A stretch of 64,000 nucleotides of DNA from Octopus vulgaris (taxonomy: Eukaryota): positions 71,920,001 through 71,984,000 of the forward strand of contig OX597823.1 of NCBI GenBank assembly GCA_951406725.2. The letters run 5' to 3'. This document shows, in pieces, positions 42,683 to 55,879 of the stretch (its first letter is position 1; each line of letters starts with the position of its first letter). The position numbers and the translations under genes are program-made. The notes beneath the pieces are model-generated. The model did not search any database, was not told where the DNA came from, and saw only the letters and a list, made by a program, of their open reading frames with translations.

Positions 42683-43178
42683 ATTTATCTATCAACTATT
42701 AGCGTTCGTTAAGGGTCGGATGAAAGGGTGCTCAATGCCACAGTGGAGTATATTATTTTTAATTTGAGTCAAATTAGTCTCTTGCTATTCTGATGTTTTT
42801 GCAGGTGTTTTCACAGTATCATCAGGCAATTCATAAATTATGTTATGACGTACCTATTATGTGTGTGTGCGTATGTGTGTGTATATATATGTTTATATCT
42901 GTATGTGTGTGTGTTTGTATATATATATATATGCAGATATATATACAAACACATATATATATGTGTGTGTATATATATATATCTGCATACATATACATAT
43001 ATATACATGCATGCATATATACATATATATATGTATATATATGTATATAGGCATTATGTATATTTATAATAATAAATGTGTAATTATTATCAGCACTAAT
43101 ATAAATGCATGTATATACATGTAATTATATGAAATACACACACAGACACAAAGACACAGACACAGACACACAAACACA

Positions 43179-43245
<67 letters not shown>

Positions 43246-43282
43246 TTGTAAATGTAACATGTGACAATTATTCGGTAGCCAT

Positions 43283-43343
43283 GATAAAACTCCGAGTTTC
43301 CGCTGTCAGTGTGAAAATCCACGCCGCCATCTCTTCAGTTATC
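43283..43343 (-). ncRNA. Type I hammerhead ribozyme motif
   Basis: Minus strand GATAA-CTGAAGA-(imperfect 31-nt stem II)-GAAA-CTCGGAG-TT-TTATC. Stem I is a perfect 5 bp and the cleavage triplet is GUU. Confidence 0.7.
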
Positions 43344-43792
43344 CGGCCATTTACAGATAGATCCCTCTTTTTACATAATATCGAGGTCTCTTTCAAAATA
43401 TTTTGTTATCTTACCATTTCTATCAATATATATATATATATGTATGTGTGCGTGTATGTGTGTGTGTGTGTGAGTGTGTTGTGTATGTGAGTAAGTGTGT
43501 GTGTGTGGCTGTTCTGTGGTGTGATGTATTTCCACAATGCATGCACGTTGTGCATTGCCTCGCTAAGTAATATATTTGAATGTTGATAACATCATATGTA
43601 TGTCTGTGTGTTTGTCATTCTGAACTTACGCATTCCTAGTTTCTTGTTCATATTTTATTGAATGTGTAAATACTTTTCATCAAAGGATGTATATAATGAA
43701 TATATGTAGGTATGAATCTACGCATTTATCACTATATCTAAATACTTGTCTGCCTCTCTCTACTTAAATATTTGTCTTTTTCTCTCTCTTTC

Positions 43793-43876
<84 letters not shown>

Positions 43877-43924
43877 AACTACTCCGTTATATGTATCCCT
43901 TTATATACGTACGTATCTGTCCTT

Positions 43925-44240
43925 TTTTTCTTGTAATCGTTCCAGTTATTAAACTGCGGCCATTCTAGGTTATCACCTTAAAGAACTCCAGTCGAAGGAA
44001 TCGACCTCACCACTTATTTTTTAATGCCTGGTACTTGTTCTGTCGGCTTTCTTTCGCCGAACCGCTAAATTACTGGGACGTAAACTCACCAACAGTCGGC
44101 AAGCAGTGGTGGGAAACAAATATAGACAGAATACACACATACACACACATACGTGCTCATACGCACAAACAGACACGCACATATAGACACACATACGTGC
44201 ACACACACATATATGACGGGCCTCTTTCAGTCTCTGTTTA
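43925..44240 (-). mobile_element. SINE family A-related diverged copy
   Basis: ctgcggccatt...gccgaaccgctaa...gggacgtaaac...gacgggcctctttcagt. Confidence 0.7.
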
Positions 44241-44244
44241 CCTG

Positions 44245-44338
<94 letters not shown>

Positions 44339-44442
44339 CATATATATATTGACGTAGGTATCTATCTACTTTTCTCTCGCACCCCTTCTCCCCCCTCTCT
44401 CTCCTACTTCATGTGTATACAAACAAATGCAGATACACACAC

Positions 44443-44481
<39 letters not shown>

Positions 44482-44649
44482 ATATATATACACACACGCA
44501 AATACGCACACGCACACGCACACATGCATACACATATAGTAAAATGACATGCGCAAAAGTTTTCTTTTCCAGAAGAAGTGCCGTTTCCGAAATGACGGCT
44601 GCATCCTGTTTGAATGGCACGCCAATTTATGTTCATACATATTTATCAT

Positions 44650-44704
<55 letters not shown>

Positions 44705-44713
44705 TAATAATAA

Positions 44714-45222
44714 TGATACTGACAGAACGATCCAGGTTAATCGACCAGAAATAGTCATTAAAGTCAGGGAAGAAAATAGTTGTAGACTAATAGATGTAAG
44801 TGTTCCCACTGACAAATATATATCTGTAAACGAATTTGACAAATTAAATAAATATAAGGACATGGAAATTGAAATACAAAAAGATGCAGCATCTTAAAGC
44901 GAGAACTATTTCTGTTATTGTGGGTACCCTGGGTATGATAAGAAAGAGAAGTCAGAAATATCTTGATAATATACCAGGAGAACCATGTCTCGGAGAAATT
45001 CAAAAGATTGTGCTGATAAGTACTACCCATATCCTTAGAAAAAAAAACCGTATCAACTTAAATGTCTGCGTTGTATTACATGAATATATTTCGCTCCAGC
45101 CCTGTCACTTCCTCTTCCCAAGCTTTCATTTATACTGTAACTTTCCCTTATCCTTCACTCGTCCTAGGACGCTGAGTGTGTCTCGGCAACTGATTGTAAC
45201 AAACTTTCAGATTAAAAGCAAA
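44714..45222 (+). mobile_element. R4/Dong-like RLE retrotransposon 3' end in (TAA)n
   Basis: TDRTIQVNRPEIVIK...CRLIDVSVP...KLNKYKDMEIEI / VIVGTLGMI...EIQKIVLISTTHILRK, which is the RLE PD-(D/E)xK domain. (TAA)n on both sides. Confidence 0.85.
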
Positions 45223-45371
45223 TAATAATAATAACAGCAACAACAATGATAATAATAATGATAATGATAATAATAATAATGATAATAATAATAATAATAA
45301 TTATTATTATAATTATTATTATTATTATCATTATTATTATTATTATTATTATTATAATGATAATGATAATT

Positions 45372-45517
45372 GGGAGTTATGTAGAACACTAGGATTCGAA
45401 CATTCTGAAAAATGGTATGAACATGAACCTTGTAACTTACTAGGAAGTAAGGAATACATGATGTGGGACTTTAACATTCATGCTGACAGACTAATAGGAA
45501 CTAGATGGCCTAATTTG

Positions 45518-45561
<44 letters not shown>

Positions 45562-45568
45562 GGTGGTT

Positions 45569-45603
<35 letters not shown>

Positions 45604-45628
45604 GGTAGTGGTGGTGGTGGTGGTTGTT

Positions 45629-45675
<47 letters not shown>

Positions 45676-46050
45676 GGTCGTCGTCGTCGTCGTAGTAGTA
45701 GTAGTAGATAAAGAGAATAGGAAGTGCATGATAACTAATTTTACAGTCCCAAATGATGAACTATTTCAATATGGGAGGTATAAAAGGAATAGCAAAGTAC
45801 TAGGGCCTAGCCATTTAATTACAGAGACTATGGAAAGTGCGGGTAAAATGTATCCCAGTAGTTATCAGTGCATTGGGAACTATCCTTAAAGATCTGGACA
45901 GGTGGATAGCGGAAATAGGCATAAAACCCAGTTAAGTACAGCTCCAGAAAACAATGTTATTGGGGACAGTTAGGATACTTAGGGGGATTCTTGGCATCTA
46001 AGGTTACTTGTTGTAGCCCGATGTTATGATTCCTTTCTTTTCCAACAGTC
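45372..46050 (+). mobile_element. Second R4/Dong-like RLE fragment, interrupted by a (GTA/GTG)n expansion
   Basis: KWYEHEP...WDFNIHADRLIGTRWPNL(V)nDKENRKC...VP, then LQRLWKVRVKCIPVVISALGTI...LQKTMLLGTVRILR. Confidence 0.85.
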
Positions 46051-46208
46051 TAATCTGTTTTGTGTATATGGATAATGATAATGATGATGATGATGATGAT
46101 AATAATAATAATAATAATACTAGTAATACTACTACTACTAATAATAATAATGATAATAATAATAATAATATTAATAATAATAATACTAGTAATACTACTA
46201 CTACTACC

Positions 46209-46255
<47 letters not shown>

Positions 46256-46384
46256 TTAACGCTACTGACCAGTAGCAGTATTTTCGGAAACTGGTTGCTG
46301 TTTTATATAAATAAAACTTGATTTTGCATGGAAACACACATGTACATGACACACACACGCACGCACACACCCACACACACGCAC

Positions 46385-46415
<31 letters not shown>

Positions 46416-47204
46416 GAGGTACAATGACTAATTCTTAGAGAGACTTAAGGCAGACCTTGAAGGGGTAGAGAAAGTCATTGATGGGGTCGTGCATAGCGAC
46501 GAAAGGGACTTTGACAAACAAACAGCCGAATGATTGTTTAACCAGCATATTAAACAAACGATTGATTAGTCAGTTGATTTAGATAAATAACCAATTGACT
46601 AACAATAAAGAAGTGATACTGAACCAGTGCGTGTGTTACCATTATTGGCGTAATGACCCTCCTACGACACATAAATATATGAACCCGTATCTGTCCCATC
46701 TTCGCACTCACATATACATATAGATTTGTCTGTATATCTGTACATCTCTGTGTGTCTGCTTTAAGTACCTGCCTATATATTCATAATCATTTTTAGTGTA
46801 ATCTGAATACTTATGGGATGTACAATAATACAATCAGATGTAAAAAATCTTTTGGTTGAAGGAAAATAGAGACGTGAAATATGTCAGATTTTAGATATTC
46901 TATAGATTGCATAACTTATCACTTCTAAAGCATGTCTTGTGCTTCTAAGTATGCAGGCTTAAAATTTGCCCGTGTGTGCTGCTTTGTTCATAAACTTTCG
47001 CGAACTATCCGATTGATCACAAACAGCTAGTGTTTAAGGCTAACAACGTAGTCGTCGGACAGCGAAGATATATTAGAAAGTTGACTGTATGAATGTATGT
47101 GGCTGCAGGCGAGGAGAAGAGGAAATCAAAGAAGGAATTATGAGTGAGAGAAGCGAAGACTGGAAGAGAGAGGGAGATAGAAAGAGAGAGAGAGAGAGAG
47201 AGAG

Positions 47205-47243
<39 letters not shown>

Positions 47244-47521
47244 GTGAGAGAAAGTGAGAGTGAAGCGGGGAAGCATATCAACATAGACATAGAGAAAGAG
47301 AAACACATATGCATACAGTCACATAGTAACATTTATATATGGATACATATACGTATATATACGTACACACACACATACACACACGCACATATATACAAAT
47401 ATATCATATAATATATATATATAATCAGTTCTCAAAAAAATGCACACATACACATACACATATACATACACACATATGTAAATCCATAAATAAATAGGCA
47501 TGTATATATATATATATTCTA

Positions 47522-47573
47522 GCAAAAACTGTCTGATGAACGGCAACGAGAAACTCAGAGTAACAGATTTTGT
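47522..47573 (+). ncRNA. Type I hammerhead ribozyme motif with canonical core
   Basis: gcaaaaaCTGT-CTGATGA-a-CG gcaa CG-a-GAAA-CTCAGAG-TA-ACAGattttgt. Stem I pairs at 10 of 11 positions (one G-U) and the cleavage triplet is GUA. The element (about 47518-47672) lies between (TA)n tracts and has AATAAA downstream. Confidence 0.75.
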
Positions 47574-47669
47574 TGAATTTTCTGCTGCTTAAAATAAAGC
47601 ATATTACTCTACCACTGGTATTTGAGTACTCTTTTTTCCACCTTGTTTCACATTTATGTGTTTACTCCG

Positions 47670-47708
<39 letters not shown>

Positions 47709-48327
47709 TATTCAACAGAAAAGATGACAATGAACTGAAAAAACTACTTCCTTGAATGGGTCTTTTTCTGTATATGTTGCATTCCCCTTCCCCTAATCAA
47801 CGTCGCAAATGCAATGATGTGTGTTTTGATTTAGGCATATATATATACACACACACACACATACATACATATATACATATATATGTGTGTGTATGTATGT
47901 ATGTATACACACACATGTATATATACATACACGCACTCATATTTCTTAATTGTAAATTTACCAGTGAAGAAATTGAAGCAGAAGTTTATTAAATACTGGT
48001 TGTTCTAAGTTAATACTTATATTTAGCATCTGCCTATACACCTGACTACTATTGGTTCAAATTTTCATAAGCTAATTGAAAGAAAATTTTAAATACATTT
48101 ACAGCTAGTATGCTTCATCCCCGCCAAGTAAATTTAGTTTAATTTTTGCTTCTACATTTGTTTCTTAATTTTGCGTAATTAACCACTGATTACATGTTTC
48201 ACATCGCTTATGTCAATGCTTGCCTCTCTTTTCATTGTTAGCACTGTTACTGCTCCAGATAATCAAGAAAATTAAAAATGAAAGTGAAAGTAATTTAACA
48301 AACTTTAGACTGTAGTTGTTCACTTAC

Positions 48328-48408
48328 CTCCAAACTATAACACTTCTGAAATGCCAACCTTCTTTTGGTTGTATCATTTTCAACATCACCGTTATTACTG
48401 CAATTCAT
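48328..48408 (-). CDS. Probable first coding exon of an unidentified host gene: MNCSNNGDVENDTTKRRLAFQKCYSLE
   Basis: AAA-ATG context with in-frame TGA TAA just upstream, 27 open codons, and a consensus phase-0 donor GAG|GTAAGT. Unique UTR-like sequence upstream (to about 49000), then a CT-rich tract. Confidence 0.55.
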
Positions 48409-49441
48409 TTTCAATTCACTATTTTATCAACACACGATAAGAAAACCGTTCTGCCTTCTATCTGCTTTATGTGTGTAGAGGTATGAATAAGCTTTTTTCT
48501 TTCGTGTTTTAAGCGTTTGGTTTTCGAGAACTATATTATTTTTTTTTTCCTTTCTTTAAGCTTTAGCTTCCGAGTCGAGAGATATAATAATGGTAAAAGT
48601 TGTGTCGACGAACAGATTAATTTAAAAAGATTTACAAACGATTTGAAATAAATACCATTGCATGAAATAAAATTAAATATTAAAAGAAAATTACGCAGTT
48701 ACGTCAGTGGCTTATACTAGGAAGAAAGTTTAACCAACTTTTCAAAGAATTCAGAGTGTGACCATTTTCTGTCAATTGTTCTCCTATTAAAAACCACAAT
48801 GTCAATTTTGATAGTTGTGTCGTTTTGTATTGTTTTAACGTGTATTTTCTGTGTAGCTCTCTCTCTCTTTCTTTTTTACTTTCTTTTTCTTTTCTTTTTT
48901 CTTTCTTTAATGTCTCCCAAAATAATGGAAATTAAATCACTTTGTTATTTGATCGGAACAGATTCTACGACTACTCACGAGTTTGGAAGTGGACGAAGGC
49001 AAATAGAAACGAATAAATAAGTAAATAAGATGCATAAATAAATGCTACCAAAAGAATTACCTGTTGTGTTATTATGTATATGAGCTTTTGTTGAGTTTAG
49101 AGGAGAGAACAGTAGCTTAGGTGGATGCAAGTTAGTGTATAAGATGGGATGGCAGGAGGGCGTCGTCAAGTTAATTCAGTAGGTAGAGATATAAATAAAA
49201 TGATAGAGAGGGGGAGAGAGAGAGAGAAAGTTGGTAAGTGTGGGAGGGATAAATAGAAAGATAAAAAGAGAGGAAATAGAGATTGCTTAGTTGATTGATT
49301 GAATGATAAAGAGGAGAGAAGTCAGGAGGAAAGAATTTCAGCAGCTAAGTTGTTACAGACGGCGAGTGAGGAAGAGAGAGAGAGAGGAATGAGAGATACA
49401 AGGTGGGAACGGGGATTGATTAGAAGAAGAATGAGAGAGAA

Positions 49442-49472
<31 letters not shown>

Positions 49473-49908
49473 CAGAGGGATGATAGTTTATAGTGAGAGA
49501 GAACAGGGGAGAATTTGATAAATTGATTGATTGATTGATTGAGAGATGATGTGGGATGAAAGAAAAGGTGAGTAAAATACAGAAGATAACAAAATAGAGA
49601 GAAAGAGAAACAAAGAGAGAGAGAGAGAAAAAGGGAGAGAAGGAGAGTAAGAGGAGTGAATGAAGGAGAGCTGGAGAAGGAGAGAAATTAGGAAAGACTG
49701 GGAAACATTGAACGGTTAAATTACAATAGAAAGTGAGACAAAGAGGGTGAAAAAAGAATGCGAGAGGGGGGAAGGGAGAGGAATTGAAACTGTCGTAGAA
49801 GGAGGAAATACAAGACACAGTGAGGGAAAACATAAGATGCGATATAGATAGGTAAATTAAAGAAATAGATAAATATAGGGGTAAAGAAATACGGGGTTAG
49901 TTGGTCGA

Positions 49909-49951
<43 letters not shown>

Positions 49952-50112
49952 GGTGGGGGTGGGGTGAAGAATGAAACAAAAACAGAAAGCGGGTGAAGGA
50001 GGAGAATGAAAGGGTTTAAGTGATTCAGAGATGGAAAGTCAGGTGAATTTAGGTTTCTAGACAATTTATAGTCTATAGAATGCTTATAGAAAGCTAGAGA
50101 GATGTTTCGATC

Positions 50113-50167
<55 letters not shown>

Positions 50168-50169
50168 CG

Positions 50170-50212
<43 letters not shown>

Positions 50213-50252
50213 CTAACTATTTATCTTTCTATCTTTAGACTTATGTACGTGT

Positions 50253-50636
50253 AGAAGGGCAATAGCCCAGTGGTTAGGGAAGCGGACTCGCGGTCGTAGG
50301 ATCGCGGTTTCGATCCCCAGATCGGCCTTTGTGAGTATTTATTAAGCAAAAACATCTAAAGCTCCACGACGCTCCGGCAGGGGATGGGGGTGACGAACCC
50401 TGCTGTACTCTCTCACCACAACTTTCTCTCACTCTTTCTTCCTGTTTCTGTTGTACCTGCATTTCAAAGGGCCAGCCCTGTCACACTCTGTGTCACGCTG
50501 AATCTCCTCGAGAACTACGTTAAGGGTACACGTGTCTGTGGAGTGCTCAGCCACTTGCACATTAATTTCACGAGCAAGCTGTTCCTTTGATCGGATCAAC
50601 TGGAACCCTCGTCGTCGTAGCCGACGGAGTGCCATT
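50253..50636 (+). mobile_element. SINE family B head with an alternative 3' tail
   Basis: Homologous to the 24588 copy up to ctttcttcctgtttct, then unrelated sequence. Confidence 0.8.
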
Positions 50637-50820
50637 TATGTATGTATGAATGTATGTGTACGTGCATGCATGCATGTATGTATATACATATATATCTATA
50701 CATTTATCTACATACTTAGCTACTTACCTACCTATCTACCTACCTACCTACCTACCTACCTACCTACCTACCTACCTACCTACCAACCTACCTACCTACC
50801 TACCTATTTATCTATCTATC

Positions 50821-50871
<51 letters not shown>

Positions 50872-51414
50872 CTATTTATCTGTTGACAAGTAGATAGATG
50901 GAGAGGCGGATAAGAGACTGGATAAAGGGATGCATGGATGGATGGATAAGATAGAAAAGTAGAAAGTTTGAACGCCAGAGAATAGGCAGTTTGAAGATAT
51001 TTTAATAGACACATACGCACACGCACACACACACACGCACACACACACACAAACACACACACACACACAGACGCACACGCGTACGTACACATGTATGTCT
51101 AGGTGAAGTGAAAGTATATGTGGTTAGTGACAGACAGTCGAAATGCAAGGCTAAAAAGAGACAGATTACGAGAGAAAGAGTGGGCGGGACACGAGAGACT
51201 AAAGAAAAAAAAGAAGAGAAAAATAAAAGAACAGGGACAGATTAGTGTGCAGCCGAAAAAGAGGAATTTGTACAAAGGAGGAAGGATTAAGAAGAGGAGA
51301 GAGAGTAAGTGGGAGTGGGGAATGAAAAATTTTAAATGAAATATAGGTAAAGCGGAGAGGGAGAGAGAGAGAGAGAGAGAGAGAGAAATCCATGAAGATC
51401 GGAAGTGACACACA

Positions 51415-51447
<33 letters not shown>

Positions 51448-51820
51448 TACTTATATATCTTATATATATATATATATATACATATATACATATATACTTA
51501 TATATCTTATATATATATATATACATATATACTTATATATATCTTATATATATATATATATACATATATACTTATATATATCTTATATATATATATATAC
51601 ATATATACTTATATATATCTTATATATATATATATACATATATACTTATATATATCTTATATATATATATATACATATATACTTATATATATCTTATATA
51701 TATATATATATACATATATACTTATATATATCTTATATATATATATATACATATATACTTATATATATCTATATATATATATATACATATATACTTCTTA
51801 TATATATATATACATATATA

Positions 51821-51902
<82 letters not shown>

Positions 51903-51973
51903 TCTATACTTATATATATATATATATATACATATATTTAAATATATATATAAATATATATATATTTAAATAA

Positions 51974-52008
<35 letters not shown>

Positions 52009-52030
52009 AATATATATATGTATACATATA
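51415..52030. repeat. TA-rich minisatellite, unit about (TA)n-CATATATACTTATATATATCT
   Basis: Repeated cttatata/catatata punctuation of (TA)n. Directly visible. Confidence 0.9.
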
Positions 52031-52619
52031 GCGAAAAGAAAGACGGGGAGAGGAAAAGTGGAGGAGTGGGAGACGGAGAGAGAGAGGGGGAGAGTGAAAC
52101 ACGTGGAAGGTGGTGGGGGAGGCTGATAGATAGATTTATGAATGCAATGTAGTGTTTGAGGCATAGGCAGTGCCGTAGTGCTATGTGAGATCAACAGCAG
52201 TCCCAGCCAAGCTGCACTAATGCTGTCCCATTGATATCTCCTACGTGTTGGCATGTTTCTGTTCGACTACCTGCCTCCTTTTCTCGTACGAAGTCAAGCA
52301 TCTCCTTAACGAACCTTGTTGTTGTTGTTGTTGTTGTCAGTAGTCGCTAACTGTGTAGTGTATATGTCAATATGCGTGCACCTGTACTTTAATCTATAAG
52401 TGCCCGAGAATATGTGCGTGTGTGTGTGTGTGTGTATGTATGCGTGTGTGTGTATGCATGAGCGTGTGTGCGTGAGTACGTGTGTATATGTACCTGTGCG
52501 TGTGTGCGTGAGTACGTGTGTATATGTACCTGTGCGTGTGTGTGTGCGTGTATATATATACAGGATATACAGGAAATATGTGTGCATATGTGCACACATA
52601 TGAATATATATAAATGAAT

Positions 52620-52805
52620 GTATATATATATATATATATATATATTCACACATATGAATATACACACGCACACACAGAGACACGCATATATATATGAATG
52701 TATATATATATATATATATATATATTCACACATATGAATATACACACGCACACACAGAGACACGCATATATATATGAATGTATATATATATATATATATA
52801 TATGA
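52620..52805. repeat. Tandem duplication of an about 80 bp unit
   Basis: tattcacacatatgaatatacacacgcacacacagagacacgcatatatatatgaatg(ta)n occurs twice. Confidence 0.85.
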
Positions 52806-52807
52806 AA

Positions 52808-52862
<55 letters not shown>

Positions 52863-53080
52863 CATACATAAATAGATACATACATACATACATATACACA
52901 CGTACAGATTCATGCGCGCATATTTCCTGTATATCAACATAATCGTCGTATGTTATTATGTATGTGCGTATAAATGCCTGTGTGAATGTATATGAATGCA
53001 TGCATAATACGTAGGCGTGTACGTGTGTATGTATGTATGTATGTATGTATGTATGTATGTTATGTATGTATGTATGTATG

Positions 53081-53114
<34 letters not shown>

Positions 53115-53577
53115 TGTATGTATGTATCTATGTTATGTATAATACGAATGGATAGGAATGCGCGTGCGAGAATGCGAAAAGGTACATTTTTTTACGTACA
53201 TAATTTTATCCTAGGGGCATCATTATTTTTCACCTTTAAAATAAGGGTATTCTGTTCAAATCCATTTTGGGACTACTATCATGTATTCATGAGTCAGATG
53301 TCTTTTATCGAACTGGAACCAATCGACCGAATCTTTGTATAAATACACTTTAACAATTGTTTCATCGACGGGAAATTATAATACTATTAACAATACATTT
53401 CTATATTTATACACATGTATGATATATGTACATAAGATCACACGCACATGCACACACGCACACTAGTGTGTATGTATATGTGTGTGCGTCTGTGTATACA
53501 TATATACATATACATATACATATATATATATAAGTGCGTGTATGCATATGCTTGTTTGTATGTGTGTATGCATGTAC

Positions 53578-53617
<40 letters not shown>

Positions 53618-54210
53618 CATTTCTCTTCTCCTCCTCCCTCCCGTCGTTGATCCACGATGAGAGCTCTGTTAATGTCTTTCTGTCCTGGCTGCCTTCAATT
53701 AGAGACGGCACTTTCTGTTGCTCCTTCGCCGTTCTCAAAAATAGCGTTCGTAAGAGTTTATCTCGTTCGGCTTAACAGCCCTTCTTGTTTGTGTTACTGT
53801 TATTCTCCTTGTCCTGTCTTTTACTGTTTATATTTTGTACTGTCGTTACTGTCCTGTTTTTGTTACCATTTTTACTCCTCCGCAAAAAAATCTCAAATTT
53901 TATTTAATTTGATTTTCGCGGGAAGGAATGTTTCATTAAAGTCGTGTATCGTCTTGACCTTCGAAACGTGGAGTAGATTAAACAAATGCGACTGAAGAAG
54001 GGAAATTTTCCTTGTTTTGTATGTCCTGTACTCTATTTTTTCGCTGTTTAAGAAAAATGTCCATTTCCTTGGTTTTGTGTTTATGTTTTCGTTTCTCATT
54101 GTGCTCGACGTTTTTTTTTTGGTGTCCTGTACCCATATATGCATGTATATATACATGTAGAGGTAGGTACGTACATATATGTATGAATATATGCATATGT
54201 TTTATTTATT

Positions 54211-54258
<48 letters not shown>

Positions 54259-54269
54259 ATATATATATC

Positions 54270-54490
54270 TTTTATCGATTGCTTCTTTCACTCAGAATAC
54301 GGAGATGCTGGGCCACTGCCTTGAAGAATCATCATCAAACCCATAAATCCTTGTATTTACTTTTCCTTTTTAAATCTGTTGTCTACATTCTATCGTTCCA
54401 TTTCGCCAAACCGGTAATTTTGGAGAACGTAAACACACCAACACCGGTTGTCAAGCGGTGTGGGTGACAAACACAGATACACATATACAC
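54270..54490 (-). mobile_element. SINE family A-related old fragment
   Basis: acgtaaacacaccaacaccggttgtcaagcggtg...gacaaacacaga. Confidence 0.6.
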
Positions 54491-55242
54491 AAACACATAC
54501 ATATGAATCAATTCAACCATAAACTGCGAGTCAACAATACCGAGGCGTTGTAAATTTAGTATATCCAGTGGTTGAATTATTTCTCTGTATGTAAGCGTAA
54601 GGTTTTGTTGTCCACTAAATTCGTTTGTTAGTGTCATGTGAGGAAAGTCATGATTTTTCTCTAAGTTAAGGTTGTTGTCTGTGTAAATTAAACATTTCAA
54701 ATGGCAGAATGTACTTGTGTGTGAGCAGTTGTTGATGAGTGATGACTTGCATCAACCTCATAGAAGATAAAGCACAAATTTAAATCATGACAAAGTTTTA
54801 ATATAAAAATCATTTTAACTGTACGTCAAAAAATTTAATATAATATATGCTATTAAACATAAAGGATGTAACGAGGATTAGATAGGTCGACCAAAGCATA
54901 TACTCTGAAGTAGACTGAATATTCATCGTCAACAATTAGAACACCCCAGTGCCAGACAAATCCCACATAGACATATGCACAAACAATAAATTCCCTAAAT
55001 TTCGAGTCTTCCCACTTGAACTTTGTTCGGTGAAAACCTCAGATCAAACACGAATATCAAAATACAAAAATACGGACCACCACTGAAACAAATTACATTC
55101 GCGTCTCTTTTTCTCACGTAATTTTTGAAAATCAGACAAAATTTGTGAAATCAGTAAAGCCTTTAAATATGAACCATCAAAAAAGCCTTCCTGTGCGTTT
55201 TCAACTTTATTTTTCATATTTCTACCTGCGTGGAATAAAGTT

Positions 55243-55600
55243 CGACTGCGGCCATGCTTGGGCATCATCTTGAAGAATTGTAGTCGAACGAATAACCTCG
55301 GTGCTTTTCTTTTTAAACTTGGTACTTATTTTATCTGTCTCTTTTGCCGAGCCGCTAGTTACAGGGATGTAAACACCCAGACCGATGGTTAAGTGGAGGA
55401 AGGGTACAATTACAGACACAGAAACATGCACATATATTCGACGAGCTTCTTTCAGTTTCTCTTTTCACCAAACGCACTCACAAGTCTTTGGTCAGCCTGA
55501 GGCTGTAGCAGAAGACATTTGCCAAGGTGCCACACAGTTGGGCTCAACTTAGAACCATGTACCTGGGAGGCAAAATGCACACTATACAACGACACCACAC
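55243..55600 (-). mobile_element. SINE family A, diverged copy
   Basis: gactgcggccatgct...ttttgccgagccgcta...cttctttcagtttc...gcagaagacatttgccaaggtgccac. Confidence 0.75.
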
Positions 55601-55641
55601 ACGCACATGCACGCACGTGCTCACAGACACACACACACACA

Positions 55642-55866
55642 CAGTGTAATCCCTCAACTATTGCGGGTGTTACGTTCCAAAGCACCCCGCGATATGTGAA
55701 AATCCGTGAAGTAGAAAAAGTATTGTGCAGTATTTTCTTTTTTATTATTTTTATAAATTGTATATATTTGTTTTATTGTAAGTGCAAAACAACAGCACAG
55801 AGGTACTTAGATAATAATAGATAATAAACCGCGATAGACGAACCGCAATATAGCGAGGGATTAAAT
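55642..55866. mobile_element. Tigger/pogo-like MITE
   Basis: TIRs cagtgTAATCCCTCaactATTGCGG and CCGCAATatagcGAGGGATTA. Confidence 0.65.
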
Positions 55867-55879
55867 ATATGTATGTATA

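Noticed and set aside
46438-46533. Possible + strand terminal exon RLKADLEGVEKVIDGVVHSDERDFDKQTAE*
   Set aside because: Weak acceptor with no polypyrimidine tract and no recognisable homology. Short enough to arise by chance.
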